Below are positions 1-12,815 of a DNA stretch of 64,000 bases, in pieces. The stretch lies in NCBI GenBank assembly GCA_030390025.1, contig CM059431.1, forward strand, positions 143,222,001 through 143,286,000. The letters run 5' to 3'. Source of the DNA: Squalus acanthias (lineage: Eukaryota). The first letter of the stretch is position 1. Each line of letters starts with the position of its first letter. The notes under the pieces are model-generated. The model was not told where the DNA came from. It saw only the letters and a program-made list of their open reading frames with translations, and searched no databases. A program made the position numbers and the translations under genes.

Positions 1-432
1 GACAGATTGAGTGGACTAGGCCTATATTCTCGAGAGTTTCGAAGAATGAGATTTCATTGAAACATACAAAATTCTTACAGGGCTTGAAAGGCTAGATGCA
101 GTGAGGATGTTTACCCTGGCTGGTGAGTCTAGAACCAGGGATCACAGTTTCAAAATAAAGGGTCGTCCATTTAGGACTGAGATGAGGAGAAATGTCTTCA
201 CTCAGAGGGTGATGAATCTTTGGAATTCTCTACCCCAGAGGACTGTGGAGGCTCAGTCGCTGAGTATATTCAAGACAGAGGTAGTTAGATCTTTGAATAT
301 TAAAGGGATTAAGGGAGATGGAGATAGTTTAGGAAAGTAGAGATGAGGTGGAAGATCAGCCATGATCTCATTGAATGGCGGAGCAGGCTCGAAAGGCCAA
401 ATGATCTACTCCTGCTCCTGTTTCTTATGTTA
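1..432 (+). mobile_element. CR1-clade LINE 3' end (ORF2 C-terminus, 3'UTR and tail)
   Basis: ORF 101..340 (...SRTRDHSFKIKGRPFRTEMRRNVFTQRVMNLWNSLP...) is the typical CR1 ORF2 C-terminus. It is followed by the GATCAGCCATGATCTCATTGAATGGCGGAGCAGGCTCGA 3'UTR and a TTCTTATG tail. Confidence 0.93.
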
Positions 433-879
433 TATTGTTTATAGGATTGAAAGCTAAAGAAGCCCTTCCATAATTATCCGATAATCTGCCCGCTGTGTGT
501 GTGAGACTCCGGGGATGGGGCAGGTCTGGAATGTCCCAACACTGGAGTAGACAAGCGGAATTTAATTAAGAAAGTTTTAGCGAGTGTGGAATTAAAATGT
601 ATTTATCCATTTAAAAGAAAATAGGAGTCATTATGCAGGGAGCAATATTAAGGATAAAGTAAAAGCATTTTAATTATCCAAAAATCTAGCAGGTAGATAG
701 TAAGGAGTAGCCACGACTGTTAGGTAAATATTCGAAGTAGAACACAAGTGAATCATTGAAGGAGGGCTTGAATGAGCGACGGAGAACAACGGTTTTGAAA
801 TATAGTTACATTGTTCAACCACATAAAATGGGAATCTGGAATCCAGGGACCCAGATACCGGGAGATAATGGAATGGGGA

Positions 880-2110
880 CTGACCGGCGTGAAGGTTTAC
901 TTACACTGGTACAAATTTCCTCAATTAGAGAAGATTCCTGAGGATCCGACAGTGGCTGAAATAATCCCAGTGTTTAAAATAAGGCCAGGAGAGATCTAAT
1001 GGGTGAGCACCTTGGAAAAGATGAAAGTAAATGGGAATTATATGGCTTTGAGGGACGATGTGTCATCTTTAACTAACCTGCTGGAGTTTCTGAAACACAT
1101 CACTGGCCTGTAGGGCAGGGGAAATGCAGTTGGAATGACCCAGTCTGATTTTAACGAAGCAGCGGACAAGGTTCCACATCTACAAATGGTGAGGAATTAT
1201 GGGATGGGTGGGAGATCTGGCACTGCACTGACAGCTCATTACAAAATGAAAGTAGGTTATCGACAAATGGGAAACTGTAAGAGACAGGTGACGATTGAAT
1301 CTCCGTGATCTTCCTTGGTATCAGTTTATTTTTAATCTTTTGTTCAATTGAAGCTCAACGGGGATGAGTGTATCTTAAAAAAATGAAAATGATACCAACA
1401 GCGATAAAACTATAAAACCATATAAATTTACTGGGCGGGAGTAATTAATTTGACCCATTCAATCTGTATTGGGTTCGTTGAGAGAGCAATGAAAAACTAT
1501 CGGCACTGTCCTCCTCTCTCTCCACAGACACTTATTTTCTCGTTTTTAAATATTCACCTAACTGTCCTCAAAATATTCTGTGAGGTAAAACATTCCATGC
1601 TCCAGCACCCTTTGCAGAAATAAGTTTCTTCTAAACTCTCTGCACATTCCCATTGTGACCATTTTAAGTCGAATACCCTTTAATGCTAGCTCCCTTACGA
1701 GATGGAATAATCTCTCCCTCTTGACTCTGACGAAACTGTTGATATTTTATAGAATCTCTAATAAATCTCCTCTTAGCTTTCGCTGCTCCAGTGCAAATAG
1801 TCCCAACATCTTGACCCTCATTACCAGTATAGTTCTGATCCATGGCACCATCCTGGTGTGTCTACACTGCCCGCTCTCAGTGGATTTAATTGCCTTTCCA
1901 CAATGAGGGACCGAAGCTGTACCTGGTGTTCTAATGGTGGCCTCACCATTTTGTAAAGATTCATCATCACTTGTTTATTCTTGTGATTAATGTCCCTGTC
2001 GATAAAACCGTAATTCCTGTTGGTTTACTCATGAACTTTCTAGAAATGGAATATTTGTATTCCTATCTGTCGCTGTCCATCCACAACATTCAGCTCCTTC
2101 CCATTGAGAC
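880..2110. mobile_element. Highly decayed CR1-like relics in the 3' flank of receptor gene 1 (mirrored at about 35990-37200)
   Basis: Remnant peptides IPEDPTVAEIIPVFK, SLTNLLEF and DKVPH on +, and 3'-end-like sequence on -. Many stops and indels. Confidence 0.6.
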
Positions 2111-3106
2111 TCTTCTCCCATTCCTTGACGTTTCTCGCACAATCGGGCGATTTCCCGATGAACAATTTGTAACAGATTCAAAGTTGCTGTGATTATTCAA
2201 TTATTATTTGAACAATGTGTAAACGCCTAATAAAACGGTAATTACCAAAGATTTTTTCTGACCGTCTGCAAATGTTCATCCAAACACAGAAGACTTAATA
2301 TTAGTTGTATTGTATCTGAATTTCTGGCAGTGTTTTTAACAGATCACTTGCAATAATTGTAATAATTAATAACTTATTGAAAAATCATTCATTTTACATT
2401 CCTTTCCAACTTTGTTTGGGTGCCTGATTGAGACAGAATATCAATAATTTTATCGACTGCACAAAACAAGAGCAGACTCCATCTTTGTGCTGAGTGATAG
2501 ACACCGGTCGGCGCACCACCGAGATTTTATGTCAGAATCTGTGAAAAAAGAGGTGAAGGTTCACATCGATAAGCCGGGTTCCGACTCTTTCCTACATTCG
2601 AACACTGATCACGTGACAAGAGCAGGCTCTATTTGTCAATGAGGAATGGAGTCCGATAGAGAGACCCACGCCTGCAATATTCACACCAAACTTCCATGAA
2701 CGTTACCAATATCGGCGATCGCAAGACCTTTGATTGTTTCGGCTCCGAATGAATCTTTATTGATGATTTTAAAGGGGCGCGCCCGATCCCAGTATCTGCA
2801 GTGTGAGGTGGATTCCTCTGTTGTTCACATGTCCGACTCCACTGCTGAATCTCATCATTGTTATCTTTGATCCCTGGACTTGAAATGTGCTTAATTTGCA
2901 GGAATAGGATATGTTTACTCAACAAAAGAAGCATGCACAATTAAGAACTGAACACATCAAACACATGCTGCAAAATGGAAGAAATGTATACACAAGTTCA
3001 CTCCCAATTTCACATTACCGGAAAGAAGGACGTTCTACTGTGAGAAAAGAGTTCAAACGGAGATTTACTTACGAGGAAGCTTTCGTTTGACTGATTCTTT
3101 TCATTC

Positions 3107-4528
3107 TCATTTTCTAACTAATCTCAGAATGAGTGCCCAAGGGGGATTTCACCACCTTCTTCAGCTCTTCTCTGAATTTCCTCTGGGTCGCCACATAAAT
3201 ACATGGGTTTTGAAAGCAACTCAAAAACTTCAATATTGTTCCGGTTTCAGTGGCGATATATCCAGGGTCTGTGCGGTCACCTCGGTAATAAGTGGGTTTG
3301 TCAGTCTGGTAGTTACAAAACTCACGGCAGTTGTCAGCCACAGCAATATAAAACTGCCCGATACAGTGAACAGTAAAATGATGGATTTCCTTCGGTTCTC
3401 CATCTCTGGATCGCTCTGATTTTCACTTCTGTGACCCCGGAGTCCCCTGCAGGCTCTGCTGGCCACTAAAATACGTCTGACTGTCAAATAATTAAACAAG
3501 GCGATTAAAGTAAAAGGAAGCCAAACTAACCAGGCGCTGTAAAACCAGATGTAGGCTGCACCTGGAGGTGAGGAAACAAAAGTCACACTGTTCCGGCAGC
3601 CCCATTGCACCTTGTTAATTATTTGTTCAGCTTCAAATGCAAACAATACGGGGATGTCCTTTAAAAAGATTAGGACTGAGAACGCTGTTATAATCGCGGC
3701 CGCAGTTTTCTCGGTGCAATACTTTGCTTTAAACTTCTGGCAGCAGATAACTACAAATCGATCAAATGTGAAGGAGACGGTGAACCAAACAGACAAATCG
3801 AGGGTGACAACAGTCATGTATAGAACGAACTTACACATGTGAGTGTGATACAGGAAGTAAAGTGGAAAGTGATAATTGAAAATATGATACACGATTACAT
3901 TGATGATCAAGACCAGTAGATCTGCTGTTGCCATGGCCACCATGTAGACAGAGATACACTTGGAAAGACCGCAGTTTCCCCGGGAAAGAATTACCATTGC
4001 CACCAAGTTCGCTGTAAGAAAGAGAGAGCAGAGAAATAATGTTCAAGTGTCTGATTGAAATATATATGGAGATCCCTCTGGAGAGCATTTTACTCCATTC
4101 AGTGTGATTATCAACACGGAGCAGTGTGAGAACAGGATTAGTATTGGAGCCATTACCTGGGAAACCCACCCACACATTTTAATGAGCTGCTGCAGCGCTC
4201 ACTCTGCACGGGGGGACAAGACGATCCGGAAATCCGCTAAAATCCTTGTGTTGTAGCTTCAAAGATTATTGTATCATCAGTGAGTTTATCGGAAGAAGGG
4301 GAATGCGGTAAGTGAGGACACGCGGTTTACGATTTGGTTCCACGCACTACCGACTGTGCAATGCTGCCATCTAGAAAACCAGTTACCTTATCAAACAGGC
4401 TGTATGTACATGGATACAGTTAACCCCGATTAACAACAAACAGGTTAAAATGGCTCACCAGGGACAGCGACGACCACGAGAATCGGGTAGTAAATCTCTT
4501 TGATCAGCAGAATAGTTGATTGCCCCAT
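3107..4528 (-). pseudogene. GPR139/GPR142-like class A GPCR, gene 1, frameshifted. Exon 1 4528..4459, exon 2 4011..3107
   Basis: Exon 1 encodes MGQSTILLIKEIYYPILVVVAVP plus G, then a GTGAG donor; the acceptor is TTACAG at 4012. 7TM motifs are ATADLL, TFDRFV, FILLW and NPCIY. Relative to gene 3 there is a 1-nt deletion near 3294 (premature stop at 3230) and a 1-nt insertion near 3140. The C-terminal part lies in ORF 3114..3341. Confidence 0.88.
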
Positions 4529-4605
4529 TCTCTGTGAGAATGGATGAATTCTGTCGGAACAAAATGACTCTGACTGGCGCACGGCTGGGGCAATGGAAGG
4601 GAACC

Positions 4606-4685
4606 TATATTTATCCACACATCAAACCTCCAGGGAGTCCATCAGGTTAAATCATAATTAGCATTAGTTACAGTCATTTAACAAA
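4606..4685 (-). promoter_or_regulatory. Putative proximal promoter of gene 1
   Basis: GATAAATATA lies about 80 bp upstream of the ATG. On the + strand: CTCCAGGGA at 4628-4636, TAATTA at 4655-4660 and GCATTAGTTACAGTCATTTAACAAA at 4661-4685. The layout is positionally conserved in the paralogs. Confidence 0.65.
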
Positions 4686-4970
4686 TAGACTCAGGTAAGT
4701 TGTTTTTTTATCTGATACGTCAGATTAAGAGAAATCTGTGAAATTGTTGTTGGATAGTTTTACAAAATACAGCTTTTGAACATTGTTTACGAGTAGGAAG
4801 TGCAATCTCCCAGTCCTGGTGCTGACCCTATTCCTACAGGCCTGGTGAATGCAGCTCCCCAGGCAACAATTGTCATGACCCTGCCCTTGATTCACTCCTA
4901 GTGCACCAACTCCTCCAGAACAGGCAGTGAATCAAATCCTGCAATACTGGTGAAGAGCCCAGTCTGGCAG

Positions 4971-6990
4971 CATTAGAGGTGACAGGGCTCCTCCAGTACT
5001 AGTTGTACCCTACATTTAGATTAGAGGGACAGTTCTCCTCCTGTAATACTGGCAACATAAACTTAGGCTACATGTGTCCGAACTCCTGAGGTACAAGTAC
5101 CGTGTACACTGATGTTGAACGTGCTGATATGGTAATAGTGGTAGCACAACACTAACACTACTATTGACAGTGCTACTCCTCCGATGCTAGTGGAATACCC
5201 CTCATACACTAGATGTGCGTGTGCTCCTCGTGTACAGTAGTATCTCTGCACTTACATTAGATGTGACCGTGCCCCTCCTGTCCCAGTGCTACCACTCCAC
5301 TGACACTAGATGTGACCGTGCCCCTCCTGTCCCATGGTTACCCCTCCACTGACACTAGATGTGACCGTGTCCCTCCTGTTCCAGTGTTACCCCTACACTG
5401 ACACTAGATGTGACCGTGTCCCTCCTGTCCGAGTGTTAACCCTACACTGACACTAGATGTGACCGTGTCCCTCCTGTCCCAGTGTTACCTCTACACTGAC
5501 ACTAGATGTGATCGTGCCCCTCCTTTCCGAGTGCTATCCCTACACTGACACTAGATGTGACCGTGCCCCTCCTGTCCCAGTGCTACCCCTAAACTGACAC
5601 CTGATGAGACCCCTCCTGTCCCAGTGTTACCCCTACACTTACACTAGATGTGACCGTGTCCATCCTGTCCCAGTGTTACCCCTACACTTACACTAGATGT
5701 GACGGTGCCTCTCCTGTCCCGGTGTTACCCCTACAATTACACTACATTTGACGGTGCCTCTCCTGTCCCAGTGTTACCCCTACACTTACACTAGATGTGA
5801 CCGTGTCCCTCCTGTCCCAGTGTTACCCCTACATTTACACTAGAGGTGACCGGCCTCCTTCTGTACTAGTGGTGCCCCTACAATTGCACTAGAGATGACC
5901 GGGCTCCTCCTGTACTAGTGGTGTCACTATACTTACACTAGAGGTGACCTGGCTCCTCTTATACTAGTGGTACCTCTACCCAAATTCTAGCTTTGATCGT
6001 GCTCCTCCTGTACTAGTGGTACCCCTACACTTACACTCAAGGTGACTGTGCTCCTCCTGTACTAGTGGTGCCCGTAAACTTACATTAGTTGTGACCGGGC
6101 TCCTCCGGTACTAGTGGTTCCTTCCACTTACACTAGAGGTGACCGGGCTCCTCCTGTACTAGTGGGACCATCCACTTACACTAGAGGTGACCGGGCTCCT
6201 CCGGTAATAGTGATTCCTTACACTTGCACTAGAAATTACCGGGCTCCTCCTGTACTAGTGGTACCCCTACATTTATACTAGAGGTTACCGGGCTCCTCCT
6301 GTACTCGTGGTACCCCTACACGTACACGAGTGGTGACCTGGCCCCTCCTGTACTAATGGTACCCCTACACTTACACTAGAGATGACCGGGCTCCTCCTGT
6401 ACTAGTGGTACAACTATACTTACACTAGAGGTGACTCAGCTCCTCTTATACTAGTGGTACCTTTACCCTAACACTAGCATTGCCCGGGCTCCTTCTGTAC
6501 TAGTGGTGCCCCTACACTTACACTAGCGTTGACCATGCTCCTCCTGTACTAGTGGTGCCCCTACACTTACACTCGAGGTGACCGTGCTCGTCCCGTACTA
6601 GTGGTGCCCCTACACTAACACTAGAGGTGACCGGGCTCCTCCTACATGAGTGGTACCCCTACAATAACACTACTGTTGACCGTGCTCCTCCTACACTAGT
6701 GGTACCCCTAAAATTAATCTAGAGGTAACCGTGCTCCTCCGGTACTTGTAGCACCGTCACGGTTAAGCAAGGTGTCAGCAAGTTACTCTTGTATTAGTGG
6801 TACCCCTACAATTACATTAGAGATAATAGTGCTCCTCCGGTACTAGTCGTACTCCTACATTTACACTAGTTTTGACCGTGCTCCTTCCGTACCTGTGGTA
6901 CCCTACACATACACTAGAAGTGTACCTGCTCTTCCGGTACGACTGTTACCCTTACACTTACACTAGTGGTTAACGAGCTACCATACACAT
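4971..6990 (+). repeat. Minisatellite of about 49 bp (ACACTAGAGGTGACCGGGCTCCTCCTGTACTAGTGGTACCCCTACACTT) upstream of gene 1, first part
   Basis: Tandem units are directly visible. The array resumes briefly at 7760-7810 and again at 10355-11740. Confidence 0.95.
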
Positions 6991-6991
6991 A

Positions 6992-7757
6992 GGTCCTGAA
7001 ATTCGCCTCTCCGGCTTGCCGCGGGGGTAAGGGTCGCACGCGCACTTACCTACCACGCCTGCCATTGACCTCTGGGCCCACGGTAACTTCAGCTCCTGGG
7101 CCTCTCCCAACTGCCGGCGCGCAGTGCTTGCGTGTCCCAGGGGCGCAGTTAGTGCGATGCGTCCCCTGGGTTCACGTGGGCCATGGAGAGCCAATGGCAG
7201 CAGACCATCTTTCATTCATAGATTTGACAGGAAGACCTGTCAAATCTATGAATTGAAATCGGCCCCAAAGGAACAGCTAAACTTAAAATATTTTTTTTAA
7301 AAAACCATCACATTTATAAAACAACTGTAAGTTATATAAATTAACTACTTTAAACAAAAATTTAAATTTTTGAAAAAATTAAAATTCTTTTTAACAGTGC
7401 TAAAAATAAACTTACCTTTCTTTAACGTATCTAAAAAAGATAAACCTGTTGAAAAAATGTTTAAATTATAATTAATTAACCACTCACCTTGTTGAAAACT
7501 GGTCCTGCGCCTCCTTTTTAAAAGCGCAGGTTCTACAATACTTACCCTCCCGTAGAAACCTGAAAAAAAACCTGAGTTTGCTGCGTGCGCGCAGCATCTA
7601 CCGCGCACGCGGTTCACCTCTGAACCCCTCCCTTCACCAGACCGGAAGTTCCGGTTTCCCGCGCATGCACAGTGCATGCAGGAAACCGGCACTTTAGCAC
7701 GCCTAACGGCTGAGTACAGAGTGCGTCCTCACCCGGGAAGCATCGAATTTTTGGCCC
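6992..7757. mobile_element. Non-autonomous PIF/Harbinger-like DNA transposon (MITE)
   Basis: Terminal inverted repeats GGTCCTGAAATTCG and CGAATTTTTGGCCC, a 3-bp ATA duplication on both sides, GC-rich arms and an AT-rich core. A related inverted copy lies at 19233-19970. Confidence 0.8.
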
Positions 7758-7809
7758 ATACACTAATGATCATCCTGAATCTACAGTACTCGTGGTAGCC
7801 TTACACTTA

Positions 7810-8794
7810 ACAACAACAACAACTTGAATTTTTATGGTGCTTTTAATGTCGTAAAAGGTTAGTATGCAGGTACAGCAAGTAAGGAGGAAAGTTGGTGGTT
7901 CGTAAGTTCGTAAAACCTCCCAATTAGCTTCACAGGAGCATTATCAAACAAGAATTGACACAAAGACACATAGGAAGATGTTAGTTTAGAAAACCAAAAT
8001 CTTGATCAGAGAGACAGGTTTTAATGAGCGTCTTTAAGGAGGAAAGAAAAGTAGAGAGGCGGCGAGCTTTAGGAAGGGAATTCCAGCGCTTAGGGCCTTA
8101 GCAGCTGAAGACACGGCCGCCAATATTTGAGAGATTAAAATGAGCGAAGCTCAAGAGGCCGGATTTGGATAAGCTCAGATATTTCGGAGATTTGTGGGGC
8201 TGGAGGGGATTACAGAGATAGGGAGGGGCCAGGCCATGTAGGACTTTGAGAACAAGGATGAGAATTTTAAAATCGAGGCTTTTCTTAACCGGGAGCCAAT
8301 GTTGGTCAGCGAGCACGGGGATAATGTGCGAATGGGGCTTAGTGCAAGTTAGGACAATGGCAGCAGCGTTTTGGATGACCTCAAGTTAACAGAAATTACA
8401 ACGTGGGAGACCGGCCAGGAGTGCGTTGGAATAGATATGTCTGGAGGTAAGAAAGGCTTGTTTCAGCCGGAGATGAGCTGAGACAGGGGCTTGGACGGGG
8501 GATGTTCTAGAGGTGGAAATAGGCGGTCTTGGTGATGCTGCGGTTATGTCGTCGGAAGCTCATCTCGGGATTAAATATGACATCCAGGTTTACAAACAGT
8601 CTGGATCAGCCTCAGACATTTGCCGGGGTGAGGAATGGAGTCCGGTGCTAGGGAACGGTGTTCCTGTTGGGGACCGAAGTAAATCGCTTTGGTCTTTCAT
8701 ATATTTAATTGGAGGCAATTTCTGCTCATCCAGTATTGGATGTCGGACAAGCAGCGTGTTAATTTAGAGAAGGTGGAGGGGTCGTGAGTGGTGT
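7810..8794 (-). mobile_element. L2 LINE 3' fragment
   Basis: Peptides LSDIQYWMSRNCLQLNI and LADQHWLPVKKSLDFKILILVLKVLHGLAPPYL, with an (AAC)n tail at 7810-7823. Confidence 0.88.
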
Positions 8795-10140
8795 ACATAA
8801 GAACATAAGAACATAAGAAATAGGAGCAGGAGTAGGCCAATCGGCCCCTCGAGCCTGCTCCGCCATTCAATAAGATCATGGCTGATCTGATCGTAACCGC
8901 CAATCTACTATCTATCACAGAACCATCTCCTGCATCTAACAGAATTGCACACACGAAATAGGAGCAGAATCAGGCTACACGGTCCCTGGGCCCGCTCCAC
9001 TACCCACAGGGCCATGACCGATCCGAACCTAGACTCATGTCCAAATTCCTGCCCGCTCCCCGTAACCCTTAATGCCCTTTACTTCTAGGAAACTGTCTAT
9101 TTCTGTTTTAAATTTATTTAATGATGTAGCTTCTACAGCTTTTTGTGGCAGCATATTCCATGGACCTACCACCCTCTGAGTGAAGTAGTTCCTCCTCATC
9201 TCAGTTTTGAAAGAGCAGCCCCTTATTCTAAGACTATGTCCCCTAGTTCTAGTCTCACCCGTCATCGGGAACATCCTCTCCGCATCCACCCGATCCAACC
9301 CCTTCACAATCTTATATGTTTCAATAAGATCGCCTCTCATTCTTCTGAACTCCAATGAGTAGAGTCCCAATCTACCCAACCTCTCCTCATATGACCACCC
9401 CCTCATCCCCGGGATTAACCGAGTGAACCTTTTTTGCACTGCCTCGAGAGCAAGGATGTCTTTCCTTAAGTAAGGACACCAAAACTGTATGCAGTATTCC
9501 AGGTGCGGTCTCACCAATACCTTGTACAACTGAAGCAATACCTCCCTATTTTTATATTCTATCCCCCTAGCAATGAAAGCCAACATTCCATTTGCCTTCT
9601 TAATCACTTGCTGCACCTGCATACTAACCTTTTGAGTTTCGTGCACCAGGACCCCCAGATCCCTTTGCACTTCAGTACTCTCCAGTTTCTTGCCATTAAG
9701 ATAATAAATTGCTCTAGGATTTTTCCTGCCAAAGTGCATCACCTCACACTTTCCAGTGTTGTATTCCATCTGCCAAATCTCTGCCCACTTACTTAGCCTG
9801 TCTATGTCCCCTTGCAGGTTTTTTATGTCCTCCTCACTCACTACTTTCCCTCCCATCTTTGTATCATCTGCAAATTTTGATATGTTACACTTGGTCCCTT
9901 CCTCCAAATCGTTAATATAGATTGTAAAGCGTTGGAGACCCAGCACTGACCCCTGTGGAACACCACTAGTTACTGATTGCCAGTCTGAGAATGAACCATT
10001 TATCCCAACTCTTTGCTTTCTGTTAGATAGCCAATCCTCTATCCATGCCAGAATATTACCCCCAATCCCGTGATTTTTACCTTAAGCAATAATCTTTTGT
10101 GTGGCACCTTGTCAAATGCCTTTTGGAAGTCTAAATACAC
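8795..10140 (-). mobile_element. Young 5'-truncated CR1 LINE with an open RT C-terminal frame (ORF 9035..9946)
   Basis: Peptides YINDL, KFADDTK and LVRPHLEYCIQFW, with a (TTCTTATG)n tail at 8795-8820. Confidence 0.95.
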
Positions 10141-10189
10141 TGATGATGTGTCTTCGGATGGGGCACATGTACGCTGTAAATCACCAGCA

Positions 10190-10355
10190 CATCTCCCGAC
10201 ACCTCCACTGCCTCTAAATTGACACGCTGCTTATCCGACATCAAGCATTGGATAAGCAGAACTTTCCTCCAACTAAATGTTGTGAAGACCGGAGCCATAG
10301 TGTTCGGTTCTCACCACAAACCCCGTTCCCTAGCCACAGACTCAAGCCCTCTCCC
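10190..10355 (+). mobile_element. Short L2 RT fragment
   Basis: Encodes STASKLTRCLSDIKHWISRTFLQLNVVKTGAIVFG and is homologous to 8620-8795 in the opposite orientation. Confidence 0.75.
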
Positions 10356-11740
10356 TACACTAAATTTGAGTGTTCGCCTCCGTTACTAGTTGTACTCGAC
10401 ACTTACACTAGATGTGACGAGCTCCTCCGTTACTAGTTGTACTCGACACTTACACTAGATGTGACGAGCTCCTCCTGTACTAGTGGCACCTACACTTACA
10501 CTAGATGTGACGAGCTCCTCCTTTACTAGTGGCACCTACACTTACACTAGATGTGTGCGAGCTCCTCCTGTACTATTGGCACCTACACTTACACTAGATG
10601 TGAGCATTCTCCTCCTGTACTATTGGCACCTACACTTACACTAGATGTGTGCGAGCTCCTCCTGTACTATTGGCACCTACACTTACACTAGATGTGAGCA
10701 TTCTCCTCCTGTACTATTGGCACCTACACTTACACTAGATGTGTGCGAGCTCCTCCTGTACTATTGGCACCTACACTTACACTAGATGTGAGCATTCTCC
10801 TCCTGTACTATTGGCACCTACACTTACACTAGATGTGTGCGAGCTCCTCCTGTACTATTGGCACCTACACTTACACTAGATGTGAGCATTCTCCTCCTGT
10901 ACTATTGGCACCTACACTTACACTAGATGTGTGCGAGCTCCTCCTGTACTATTGGCACCTACACTTACACTAGATGTGAGCATTCTCCTCCTGTACTATT
11001 GGCACCTACACTTACACTAGATGTGAGCATTCTCCTCCTGTACTAGTGGCACCTACACTTGCACTAGATGTGAGCGTTCTCATCCTGTACTAGTTGCACC
11101 TACACTTACACTAGATGTGAGCATTCTACTCCTGTACTAAAGGCATCTACACTTACGCTAGATGTGAGCGCGCTCCTCCTGTACTAGTGGCACCTACACT
11201 TACACTAGATGTGAGCACGCTCCTCCTGTACTAGTGGCATCTACACTTACACTAGATGTGAGCGTTTTCCTCCTGTACTAGTGGCACCTACGCTTACACT
11301 GGATGTGAGCACGCTCTTCCTGTACTAGTGGCACTTACACTTACACTAGATGTGAGCGTTCTCCTCCTGTACTAGTGGCACATACACTTGCACTAGATGT
11401 GAGCGCGCTCCTCCAGTACTAGTGGTACCCTACACATCGACTAGTGGTGACCGGGCTCCTCTGGTACTGGTGGTACATGTCAATTACACTAGATGAGAGC
11501 GTTCACCTCCTGTACTAGTGGCACCTACACTTACACTAGATTTGAGCATTCTCCTCCTGCACTAGTGGCACCTACACTTACATGAGAAGTGACCGTGCTA
11601 CTCCGGTATTAATCGCACCAGTACCTTTGCACTAGAGGTGACCGCAATCCTGCGGTACTAGTGCAACCACTGCACTTCCTCCAGATATGACTGCGCTCCT
11701 CCGGTACTGGTGATACACGACACTTACACAAGAGGTGATC
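10355..11740 (+). repeat. 46-47-bp variant of the receptor-associated minisatellite
   Basis: Units are CTGTACTATTGGCACCTACACTTACACTAGATGTG(TGCGAG/AGCATT)CTCCTC. Confidence 0.95.
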
Positions 11741-12344
11741 CATGCGGAATGTGTGTTGTAAATGTCTGGCACTGATTTTCCGACGGTGCAAAATTTCCAG
11801 CACCCACTCTGCCCGCTGGATGACAATGGCATTTTAAAACTATTGGAATTTCCTCCTTATCGTCCGTATTCCGACTCACAAACCCCCACCAAAGCGATGC
11901 TGCTTGTTGCTCGGTGGCGGTTGTCAGGAGCGATTCCTATTGGATCCACTTTATTAGGATTGTGTACTTGGGGAAACTTTCTTTCTGAAGTGTCCATGTT
12001 TGTGGCCTTTTACTATCTCCAGCTCGTGAACGGTTTCTCCATCACGCTGAGGGGATATTTTGGACCTTCCCCTTTACCTGTTTCTATGGAGAGCAGGAAG
12101 AGGGAAATGATGAGGAGCAGCAGGGCAAGCAGGAAGCTGGAGACTCGCTTCAGGAAGAAGTCGCCCAGGAGAGCCCAGTGCCCGCTGTCAGATATCTGTG
12201 ACCGCAGGTCAGAGGGGGCACCGGAACAGAACTAAGATCAGAGACATCTGAAAAATAAAGCAGTCACACTATCATGGAGCTCTCTTCCACAACTACCGAG
12301 CCTCCCGTCGGAAAACATTCTGATTCAATTTTTACAAACAATTA

Positions 12345-12815
12345 CATAGAATCTACAGCAAAGAAACAGGCCATTCGGCCCCACTGATACTGATCCAGGC
12401 CGCTGTTTATGATCCAGACGAACCACCTCCCACCCTACCTCATGTAAACCTATCAGCATATCATTTTTTTCCTTTCTCCCTCATTTATTTATCTAGCTTC
12501 CCCTTAAATGCATCTAAGCCATTTGCCTCATTTATTCCATGTTGTAGGAATCTACATGCTCACAACTATCTGACTAAGGAAGTTTCTCCTGAATTCCCTG
12601 TTGGATTTATTAGGGAATATCCAATGTTTCGGATACTCCAGCAAGTGGAAACATCTTCTCTACATCTCCCCTACAAAGCCCTTCATAAGTTTAAAGACTT
12701 TACTTGAGAAAAAAGCCCAGCCTGTTCAAATTTTCGGGATAGTTATAACCTCTCAGTTCTGGTATAAACATTGTAAATATTTGTTGAAACTTCTCCAGTG
12801 ACTCCCTATTCTTTT
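12345..12815 (-). mobile_element. Decayed CR1-like 3' end
   Basis: Terminus ACATAGAATCTACAGCAAAGAAACAGGCCATTCGGCCC followed by degenerate ORF2 C-terminal sequence. Confidence 0.7.

Noticed and set aside
2629..2940. 103-aa ORF also present at 35165-35470
   Set aside because: The similarity is explained by the cassette duplication. It has no canonical ATG start, no recognisable domain, and is not preserved in the gene 2 copy.
3612..3842. Recurring antisense ORFs MLIIC... (also 20831, 34224, 45589)
   Set aside because: They are shadows of the conserved GPCR sense strand.
4012..4200. Gene conversion between the introns of genes 1 and 4
   Set aside because: The shared tract could simply be ancestral sequence that mutated in gene 3, and it cannot be resolved by eye.
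11762..12235. 157-aa ORF, and a possible viral-envelope-like hydrophobic stretch on the opposite strand
   Set aside because: No recognisable motifs and no polymerase signature nearby, so it is not supportable as a CDS.
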